This document shows, piece by piece, positions 54,725 through 64,000 of a stretch of 64,000 bases of DNA. Below the pieces are notes generated by a model that was given only the letters and a program-made list of their open reading frames with translations, was not told the origin of the DNA and searched no databases. The position numbers and the translations under genes were made by a program. Source of the DNA: Octopus sinensis. Its lineage: Eukaryota. Numbering within the stretch: the stretch's first letter is position 1; each line of letters begins with the position of its first letter. The stretch is taken from assembly GCF_006345805.1 (NCBI RefSeq), contig NC_043004.1, forward strand, positions 92,628,001-92,692,000, in the 5' to 3' direction.

Positions 54725-54915
54725 CATGATGAACTGTTAATCCCTACACATTTTTCTCTGCCGTTTTTTTTTTTTCGTTTTCCCTCTATTTTTTTCTCTG
54801 AACCCTTTCTGTCGAAGAGCGTAGGCTCGAAATGTCAAAGACTTTTCCATTCTTCTTGAGCTTCAAGTTCCCTCACTTTTCTTTGTCTTTTGTTTTTTCT
54901 GTAAATTTGAACTAT
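54725..54915 (+). mobile_element. Short element with degenerate hammerhead (copy 1)
   Basis: CTTT-CTGTCGA-A-GAGC(gtag)GCTC-GAAA-TG-TC-AAAG at 54805-54840. Confidence 0.55.
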
Positions 54916-54916
54916 A

Positions 54917-54946
<30 letters not shown>

Positions 54947-54947
<1 letters not shown>

Positions 54948-55278
54948 ACTTATAAATAAGGGCAAACGAAAAAATTCCTAATGCCAAATATGCCGAAAAT
55001 TGGACATATTGTCCATTTACCATATACTCCATGGGTATGAGTAAGTATCTTATTTACTTCTTTGCCACATGTATCACTGACGAAGGGAGGGTTCTTTTTG
55101 AACTAACCCTGAAATCGGTCCGATAGGGTAATAATGGAATTTTTTAGAGATTTCTGTCGGCCTTTTTTCGAGTAGTGTGCGTACTGGGGGAAAAAAATTA
55201 TATGGTAAATGGACAATATGTCCAATTTTCGGCATATTTGGCATTAGGAATTTTTTCGTTTGCCCTTATTTATAAGTT
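54947..55278. mobile_element. MITE with 80-bp perfect terminal inverted repeats
   Basis: 54947-55026 is the exact reverse complement of 55199-55278. It sits next to (TA)n. Confidence 0.9.
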
Positions 55279-55352
55279 TTTTATAAATTTAACCGTATTT
55301 TTTAATATGCTGGCCATTGATAGAATTTTTTTTCGAAAAAATGTTATCCTAC

Positions 55353-55404
<52 letters not shown>

Positions 55405-55409
<5 letters not shown>

Positions 55410-55600
55410 GTCATGATAGATCGTTACCCACTACACACATTTTCTTTCCTTGTTTCTCTCCTTGTTTTTTCTGTGTCTCTTTACGTAGAAGAGCGTAGGC
55501 TCGAAACGTAAAAGACTTTCTCTATTCCTGAGCATTATACTAATACATCTCTTTATTTTGTACACCAACTGTCTTCGTCTTTTGTTTTTTTCGTAAACAC
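55405..55600 (+). mobile_element. Short element with degenerate hammerhead (copy 2)
   Basis: TCTTT-acgtaga-A-GAGC(gtag)GCTC-GAAA-CG-TA-AAAGA at 55478-55515. Similar flanks to copy 1. Confidence 0.55.
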
Positions 55601-55606
55601 TCTCTC

Positions 55607-55674
<68 letters not shown>

Positions 55675-55719
55675 ATGTATGTATGTATGTATGTATGTAT
55701 GTATGTACTTATTATTTCA

Positions 55720-55935
55720 TTCTTTTATCCTTTTACTTGTTTCAGTCATATGACTGCAGCCATACTGGAGCACTGCCTTTAGGCGAACAAATCGACCCCA
55801 TACTTATTCTTTGTAAGCCTAGTAATTATTCTATCGGTTTCTTTTGCCGAACCGCTATGTTACGGGGACAAAAACACACCAACATTGGTTGTCAAGCGAT
55901 GGTGGGAGGACAAACACAGGCACACAAATACATAC
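55720..55935 (-). mobile_element. Group A SINE 3' half
   Basis: ttttacttgtttcagtcatatgactgcagccatactggagcac segment. Confidence 0.75.
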
Positions 55936-55998
55936 ATATATATATATATATATATGTGTGTGTGGGTGTGTGTTGTGTGTGTGTGTGTGTGTGTGTGT

Positions 55999-56296
55999 GG
56001 AGGCGCAATGGCCCAGTGGTTAGGGCAGCGGACTCGCGGTCGGGGGATCGCGGTTTCGATTCCCAGACCGGGCGTTGTGTGTGTTTATTGAGCGAAAACA
56101 CCTAAAAAGCTCCACGAGGCTCCGGCAGGGGGTGGTGATCCCTACTGTACTCTTTCACCACTCTTTCTCCCACTCTTTCTTCTGTTGGCCTGCTCGCTTA
56201 GCCAGCGGAGCAGCGTTGTTCGAAGGCTAAAACAATGCGAACGCATTGTGACCAGCGATGTGTAGCAACATCTGATGGTCTTGTCAGTCACGTGAT

Positions 56297-56304
<8 letters not shown>
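55999..56304 (+). mobile_element. Group C tRNA-derived SINE
   Basis: A/B-box head ggaggcgcaatggcccagtgg..gtttcgattccc and tail ..cacgtgatcacgtgat. Confidence 0.85.
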
Positions 56305-56334
<30 letters not shown>

Positions 56335-56340
<6 letters not shown>

Positions 56341-56888
56341 GTTATCGCCATACTAATATGGCATTCTTATAAAAATAAGAAAAAAGCTGTCCGCTTATTA
56401 GCTCCATGAGGCCATCGCCTTAAGTTAGCTATTTGATACACAAACTGTATCCATATAACCTTCGAACAAGGGAGGTCAGTCGCTCCACACTACTTGACCG
56501 GCAGCTACAGACGCGTTTCGGGGTATTGCCCCTTTTCAATGCAGCGTAGCCAGCCAGTAGGTGTCGCTTCCGACAATCTCTGTTCGATGGTTTTATTTAC
56601 CTAGTTTCGGTGGAATACATCCACTTGTTTTCAATAATAGAAATATTAAAATAACTAAGTCTCTCTAAAAGAGAACAGCGGCAGCGTTCCCGGAAAATAA
56701 TAGTTATCGCCATACTAATATGGCATTCTTATAAAAATAAGAAAAAAGCTGTCCGCTTATTAGCTCCATGAGGCCATCGCCTTAAGTTAGCTATTTGATA
56801 CACAAACTGTATCCATATAACCTTCGAACAAGGGAGGTCAGTCGCTCCACACTACTTGACCGGCAGCTACAGACGCGTTTCGGGGTAT
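56335..56888 (-). mobile_element. Retrozyme-like / Penelope pLTR tandem, 362-bp unit plus 192-bp repeat, with hammerhead on - strand
   Basis: 56335-56526 is identical to 56697-56888. HHR at 56545->56504: GCTGCA-TTGAAAA-GGGG(caata)CCCC-GAAA-CGCG-TC-TGTAGC. Inserted in (TA)n. Confidence 0.8.
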
Positions 56889-56897
56889 ATATATATA

Positions 56898-57040
56898 TAC
56901 GATGGGCTTCTTTCAGTTTCCGTCTACGAAATCCGAGGTTATGGTAGAAGACACTTGCCCAAGGTACCACGCTGTGGGACTGAACCCGGAACCACGTGAT
57001 TAGGAAGCAAGTTTCTTACTATACCGGCACACATGCGCCT
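56898..57040 (-). mobile_element. Group A SINE 5' half, deleted
   Basis: cttctttcagtttccgtct..gaagacacttgcccaagg..gcgcct segment. Confidence 0.7.
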
Positions 57041-57705
57041 ATATCAGCATTTTTAAATTTAAAAAAAAATGAATGATGAAAGGCTTAATAATATCATTAA
57101 ATAAGCAAGTCTTTATTCAACGTCAAATATTTAAAAAGAGCTGATAAAGTCGTTTAAAATGAAATTTCCCACGGCAAATTTTCTACGGCAGAAATGTTTA
57201 CGGCAAAAGTTTTTTTAACCAAGTCTGACATGTAACGAGTATACAACCCAAAGACCATTTCAAGAAAGCATCTATTGATGTTAATGAGCAGTTTAAGAAG
57301 ACAGCTTTTAATGTCGTTAGCCACTACCTTTCCAACTTACAGAAGGTGTGTTACGTACACTTATTGACTACAACTGCACAAAGGATAAGAAATCGGTTTT
57401 CATTGCTGCAACACAATTTTTTCAAATAACTGTATTCGATTTAGAACTGCTAAAATCTAAGCCGAAAGCAGCAATAAAAACGGACAGTTAATCAGCTACT
57501 CTGATGGACAAACTTAAAGAAACAAGCCAACGAAATAACTTCTACATTGTCAGATATGAAATTCACATACAGGTTTGTGCTAGTAACTATAAAGACAAAT
57601 ATAAGCATGAACACACACACACACAAACACACATACACATACACGTACACACTCACACACACCTACATACATACATACATACATACATACATACATACAT
57701 ACATA

Positions 57706-58165
57706 CATGATGATGGCCGTCCACTCGTGACCGAGGAAGACCATTGCCGACCTTCAGGAACATTGTGCGCTCTAGGACTAACTTATATTTTGCATTTGCG
57801 GCTCCGTTGGTGGCTAATGAGCCCTGCTCTTGACAAGCATACACGACTGCAAACATTGCAGACCTAACTTTCCCCATTCACTATACGAGCCGTGCGCTTT
57901 CGCGCAGCTCGCTTAAGTTCTTCATGCTGGATACGTGCTCTCTCAAAAGTGTCGATCCCCTCCTTAACCTGCTTCCTCCATCTGTGGCGATGACAAGCAT
58001 TGTTCTCCCAGTCAGTGTCCTGCATATCACAGGCCTTTAACGAGGACTTGACACAGTCCTTGAATCGCAGCCTTGGTTTCTGCCGGAGTCTCCTTCCATT
58101 CACAAGTTCTCCATAGAGCATCTGCTTAGGAATCCTTCTATCCTTCATTCTAATAAGGTGTCCAT
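57706..58165 (-). mobile_element. RTE (BovB-like) LINE 3' end in a (CATA)n tract
   Basis: GHLIRMKDRRIPKQMLYGEL..KPRLRFKDCVKSSLK..WENNA..RWRKQV followed by a C-terminal CNVCSRVCLSRAGLISHQR zinc finger. Confidence 0.9.
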
Positions 58166-58191
58166 ACATACATACATAATACATACATACA

Positions 58192-58406
58192 GACGAGAAG
58201 GATGCTGAAAAGTTCCTGGCTTTAAAGGTATCATGAAAGGATTGGTTGGGGGCTCAACCTTCCAAGTTCTTTTTCAGGGCTTAGAGAAACTGAAAGACTG
58301 CTGCAATAAGTGTGTGAATCTGAGAAGGGAATACGTTTGGATAAAATCATAATTAACTGATCCTCATGTATTGTCTTTTACCCAAAGCCAGGAACTTTTC
58401 CCCGTA
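58192..58406 (+). mobile_element. Non-autonomous mariner/Tc1 element (same family as 43959)
   Basis: gctgaaaagttcctggcttt and aaagccaggaacttttc TIRs. The interior encodes EKLKDCCNKCVNLR, a mariner C-terminus remnant. Confidence 0.8.
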
Positions 58407-58670
58407 CATACATGCATGCATTTAAAGTCTACATCGTTTTCGCCAAGATGATTTCACTAATAAACGGTTCGCCAACTTGAAGTTATGGTCGAAGAAATTT
58501 ATGAGAGTCGCCTTCCAATGACACCGAACCCGAAATTAGGTGGTTTAGAAACGAGGTTTTTAATCACACGGCAATACCTTCGTCTAAAATTGCTCCTGAC
58601 ATTTTCCCTATATAGCTGTATATTACACATTATATATACATATATATATACACACATATATACATATATA

Positions 58671-58735
<65 letters not shown>

Positions 58736-59541
58736 TACACGCAAACATATATCTATATACATACATATATACGTACATATATAATCGTTCATACATATAT
58801 ATATATATATAATATATAATATTATGCATATATATATGCGTATATATATATATATAATATATAATGTATTATATATATATATATATATTATATATATATA
58901 TAATATATATATATATATTATATATATTATATTACATATATATACACGCAAACATATATCTATATACATACATATACGTACATACCTACGTTCATACATA
59001 TATATATATATATATAATATATATATATATATATAATATAATATATATACATAGAGAGAGATGAATATAGACATATATATGATTATACATATATAAGTGA
59101 GTATGCAAGTGTGTGTAGGCATATAAGTGCCTATGTCTTATTTCTGATAAATCTCTAAAACTTTGTATGAGTGTGCGTGTGTGTGTGCTCGTGTGTGCGC
59201 ACGCTCGCGTGCGCGTATGTGTGTGTGTGTGTGTGTTTGTGTGTACGCAGAAATGTATGGTATGCGTTATTTTCGTATAGCCGTTCATTACAACTCTATA
59301 AAACTATATATAATGTATCTTCTATATAATTATGTTATATATATTTTCTATATAATTACGATCACTTTGCTTTATAATCATTTAATTAGATGTAAAATCA
59401 TCATTTAATCTGCACAATTATCTAAACCTTGAAGCACATAGTTTCTCTCTTTCCATATATTTCTCTCTCTCTCTCTCTCCCTCTCTCTCTCCCCTTATAT
59501 ACATATCTCTATATATATACATATATTCGTATCCATTTGAT

Positions 59542-59581
<40 letters not shown>

Positions 59582-60199
59582 CATGAATATGTATAATGTA
59601 TATAACTTATACATAATATATATGTATATATATATATATATATTATATATATTTGTATAATATATATATATGTATATATATAATCTATGTTTTAACTTAT
59701 TTCTTTTCTCTCTCACTCCCTTTCTCACTCTCTTTCTCTCTCTCTCTCTCTCTATCTATCTCTATCTATCTATCTATCTATCTGTCATTCTATCTGTCTA
59801 TGTATCTGTCTATGTATCTGTCTTTCTATCTAGATAGCTGTCTATATCTCTCTAACACATTATCTTAAATCTTCTATAATTTTTCTCCTTAGACAATATA
59901 AAAATATAGAGATATTTGTGCGCGCGCGTGTGTGGACGTACGTGTGTATATATGTATGTGTATATACATATATAAATATGTGTGTGCGTACATATATATA
60001 TACACATATACATACGTCGCCCCATAATTATACACAGACACATACACGCAAACACACACATATACATATATATATGATTCTTTGTATGAGTGTGAATTCT
60101 GTCTTATCACCAATTTACATCTTTCTGCCAACAATTATTCGCCTTTTGTTTATCACTGCATCCAGCAGACGGACAGATACTGCTGCTGCTGCTGCTATA

Positions 60200-60230
<31 letters not shown>

Positions 60231-60511
60231 AATAGCTGCTGAAGGGAGAGAAAGATTATTCATTCCCCAAAACAAAATTACCGTAAAGATATAAAATTAG
60301 GGTCTGTAGTTTAGTTGCCGACAACCTACCATGTCCCCGCACCAATACTTTGTAAAGGGCTTGGGCTTTGCCTTGACAGCAGTAACATTTTACCTGAAGG
60401 GCAGAAAGAGTACCGGAATGGTATGTGCGATTGTACACAAAAAACAAACACAGTTCATATATATATAAAAAGACATTTTTATAGACAAGTAGTGAAGCAC
60501 CGATTGAGTGT

Positions 60512-60795
60512 GGAGGCACATGGCCTAGTGGTTAGAGCAGCGGTCGAGGGATCGCGGGTTCGAATCTCAGACAGAGCGATGTGTGTGTTTATGAGCGAAA
60601 CACCTAAGCTCTACGCAGGAATGGCAAACTTCTGCTGACTCTTTCGCCACAACTTTCTCTCACTCTTTCCTCCTGCATCTTGCAGCTCATCTACGACGGA
60701 CCGGCGTCCCGTCCTGGTGGGGAACCTATACGCCAAGGAAACCGGGAAACCGGCCCTTATGAGCCAGGCATGGCTCGAAAAGTAACAAACAAAAA
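60512..60795 (+). mobile_element. Group C-related tRNA-derived SINE with 12-bp TSD
   Basis: Head ggaggcacatggcctagtgg..gggttcgaatct. TSD caccgattgagt at 60498-60509 and 60800-60811. Confidence 0.85.
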
Positions 60796-61686
60796 TAAAC
60801 ACCGATTGAGTTGGTATTTTAGAAATGAAGGAAATCTTGAACGCTGGAGAATAACTGTGAAAAACAATTTAGAGGATCGGCAAAAGATACCCTTTGAGAC
60901 AAAAAACAGTGACTAGTAAGTCACTAGAGAGAATCGAACTTTGTATCCCTCAAACACTAGCTTGCTGATCACTTTTTTCTGTCTGTAAGGGTATTTTGCC
61001 CGATCTTCTTAGCTGTTTTCACAGCTATTCTTCTCTGTTCGAGTTTTACTTCATTTTTAAAACACCAGTCCACAAATAATTATCGGAGACAGAGATGAAA
61101 ATCTCGATACTCTGATAAACATTTCGTTCCGATCCATTGTAATAAAATCCTCACTCGGTGTGGTAGGGCAAGAAACTACTTAATTGCAATTACCTTGAAA
61201 TAGAAATGAGCAAGATATGGAGAAAACCGATAAATATAACCGATATCCTACACAAGGCATTTTCAAATTAATTGCACAGCTCACATGAGATAAAATAACA
61301 CGGATTACAAAACAAGTAGTGTAAGATATTATGGTGCTCTGTTTTTTGTTATAGTTGTTGTTATTGTTGTTGTTTTGTTGGGTCTTTCTTAATTACTTAT
61401 TCGTCTAATCTATCGGCTGTATACGTTTGATTTGTGTTTTAAGTTTAATATATGGGGTTTCTTTTTTGCTTTTATTTTATAGACTGCTGTGTCTGTTCAA
61501 TGTATTGCATAAAATTTGTTATATAATATAGTATATTAAACCATTTGAACATCCGTTATTAATTACTCCTTTGATTGTTTCGTAATTTCATTGTGCACTT
61601 AGTCTCAAAGATTTTGTTGAGTAGGGGTACCAGAACGGACGTTTTTTATATCTGTCTGTGTGAATATTTTTTTCACTATACCTATA

Positions 61687-62084
61687 GGCGCAGGAGTGGC
61701 TGTGTGGTAAGTAGCTTGCTAACCAGCCACATGGTTCCGGGTTCAGTTCCACTGCGTGGCATCTTGGGCAAGTGTCTTCTGCTATAGCCCCGGGCCGACC
61801 AATGCCTTGTGAGTGGATTTGGTAGACGGAAACTGAAAGAAGTCTGTCGTATATATGTATATATATATATGTGGGGGGGTTCTGTGTTTGTGCCCCTAGC
61901 ATTGCTTGACAACCGATGCTGGTGTGTTTACGTCCCCATCACTTAGCGGTTCCGCTAAAAGAGACCGATAGAATAAGTACTGGGCTTACAAAGAATAAGT
62001 CCCGGGGTCGATTTGATCGACTAAAGGCGGTGCTCCAGCATGGCCGCAGTCAAATGACTGAAACAAGTAAAAGAGTAAAAGAGT
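61687..62084 (+). mobile_element. Group A tRNA-derived SINE, full length
   Basis: Near-identical to 27900-28304. Confidence 0.92.
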
Positions 62085-62469
62085 ATATACACATTTACTG
62101 TTTACCATTCTCAGCATGTATTCTACAGAATCCCTTGTCGATAGTGTATCACATCCAGCATACCCCCAAAATCCTCTACTACTCACACTCACCAACCATT
62201 ACTGTAACACATAAACCATACCGACACTAGGCATACTCTACACATTGACACCTGTTAATGTAATACATAAAACAACCTATGCTGCACACACTCTACAATT
62301 GAGGTTCCCAACCATTTTTTGCCTACAGACCCTTGATCCCTGCTTTACTTAGGTGGGCCCCTCGTAGCCATTCAATGAATTAAAAAAAGTCCTATCGTAT
62401 TTTTATAATTAACTATTATTAAGAATTTATTTTTAAATTGTTTAAATATTTTGTTTATTGTAGAGAAGT

Positions 62470-63510
62470 ATAACCAATTTATTGCATACAATCTATCTAT
62501 CTGTCTAGGTCGTACCTCAGACTGTTTCCACACGTTTTTTCCCATTCATCTCGATCTTCCATCAGGGTCCTTAACTCTTGTATCTCTTCCATACCAGTAT
62601 TCTCCAGGAAGTTGTCGATATAGGTCGTCTTCTTCCTTCCTTTCCTGGTTCTTCGTTCCGTTGGTTGCCAGAGCACAAGCTTGTTAGCAATTTCATTGGT
62701 GTGTCTGATGCACTGTCCACCTAGTCTCATCCTTCTATGCTGTATCTTCAATGTTACTTTAGGTAGTCCCTGGTATAAGTTGGCGTTTGTTGTATGACTC
62801 TTCCGGGAGATATTCCATGTCATTCTAAGCATCCTCGCATAACAACCGTCCAACTGCTTCTTCAATGCTTTAGTGAGCGTCCAAGTTTCAGTCCCGTATA
62901 GAACAGACTCCATTGTTGCCAGAAACAACCACACTTTCAATTTCCTAGCTAACTTTGAACTCCATACCTTTCTCAATTTATGGCATGCGCTCCAGGCAAG
63001 AGCTTTCCTTACTACGATGTCTTTTTCAGTACTTTGTGTCTACGCACCAAGGTATTTGAAATTTTCAACTACCTTGAGCACCTACCATCTCTCACTTTCA
63101 CTGAGACAGGGCTTTTGTGGTTGAATACTTGCAGCTCTGTTTTGTTTGCGTTACTTTACAATCCTACCTTCTCCGATTCATGCTCTAATCTACTGAGCAC
63201 CACCTGTACCTGATCTGTCCTCTTTGTTAGTACTGCCAGCTCATCAGCATAGTCTAGATCAGTTACTGTTACTGCTTGATGCCGTCTACTTCTTTGCCTA
63301 TGCAGTTTGAATCTCATTCTTCTGCCTTGCCCTCGTACGTTCTACGCATTACATAGTCCAGAACGGTGGCTAAGAGATAAGGTGTTAGCGTGCCGCTTTG
63401 TAATACTCCGGCTTTGACTTCAAAGTATTGCCTACAAATCTTAACGACAAAATCTTACATGGACTCCAAAGACCATATGGACCCCAGTTGAAGATCACTG
63501 CTCTGCACAA
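62470..63510 (-). mobile_element. RTE/RTEX-type LINE, RT and C-terminal region, 5'-truncated
   Basis: VKAGVLQSGTLTPYL, TDLDYADELA, ESVLYGTETWTL..LDGCYARMLR and KLVLWQP..GRKKTTYID motifs. Confidence 0.88.
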
Positions 63511-63839
63511 ACACCACTCGGCTTCAAAAATATCTCACAAAACATACAAGATACAATCAATTCTCAACGAAATTACACAAATCACATTGCACGCAAACCT
63601 CTCGGCAAAAAAAAAACGAAACCCAAAAAACAAATATACCAAAACACAAGAAACATAAAAAAAACCCATAATGCAGCTAAACAGACGTAGTATACAAACA
63701 CAACTTTATGCCTTTAAAAGATAATGCTACATGTAAATCAACAACATGGGTATATGTTTGGTGATTCCATATAAACTCACACGAATCAGTTGACAAAAAA
63801 AATAGTAATAATTTATTCCGTAGACCTGACCAGAAATTT

Positions 63840-63940
63840 AGATGGGACAACAGTCGTTTGTAATGGCTCCAGAAGAATGAAAGGCAAAGTTGACTTCAGC
63901 AGGATTTGAACTCAGAACTTAAAGGACAGTAACTAAATAC
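63840..63940 (-). mobile_element. Group B SINE fragment
   Basis: gaatgaaaggcaaagttgacttcagcaggatttgaactcagaac segment. Confidence 0.6.
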
Positions 63941-64000
63941 CACCAGGAACGGCGATTTCTTTATCACCACAAGGGTAACAAATGGAAAACAGGCATTAAA

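Noticed and set aside
55999-56075. tRNA-like sequence (also at 46930 and 60512)
   Set aside because: It has A and B boxes but runs straight into SINE bodies and has no convincing cloverleaf. These are SINE heads, not tRNA genes.
49372-56888. Direct repeats with intervening sequence as CRISPR-like arrays
   Set aside because: There are only two copies each, with long units, no spacer series, no cas genes and a eukaryotic context.
60315-60470. Cys-containing ORF (LCKGLGLCLD..GMCDCT) as a possible EGF-CFC downstream exon
   Set aside because: No G-R-x-C-E or CFC pattern. It is more likely decayed repeat sequence.

Overview
Repeat-rich eukaryotic genomic DNA. The SINE families, microsatellite load and AT content look like an octopus or other coleoid cephalopod, which is an inference. 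One host gene is supported: the 5' part of an EGF-CFC (Cripto/Cryptic/oep-type Nodal co-receptor) gene on the + strand. It has three tiny exons (22593-22654, 41640-41695, 42628-42706) that splice in frame to a signal peptide plus CCQNGGTCILGSFCVC; the 3' exons were not found in the window. The rest is transposon debris and microsatellites: Dong/R4, Tx1/L1, RTE and CR1/Jockey LINEs, Penelope-like elements, hAT, mariner MITEs, Helitron-type elements and three tRNA-derived SINE groups. The most striking unexplained layer is about nine hammerhead-ribozyme-like motifs in several unrelated short elements. These include fold-back palindromes, TIR-flanked mini-elements and a 362-nt retrozyme-like tandem unit whose core has a compensatory U3:A8 pair. 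Almost all ORFs in the supplied track are microsatellite artefacts.
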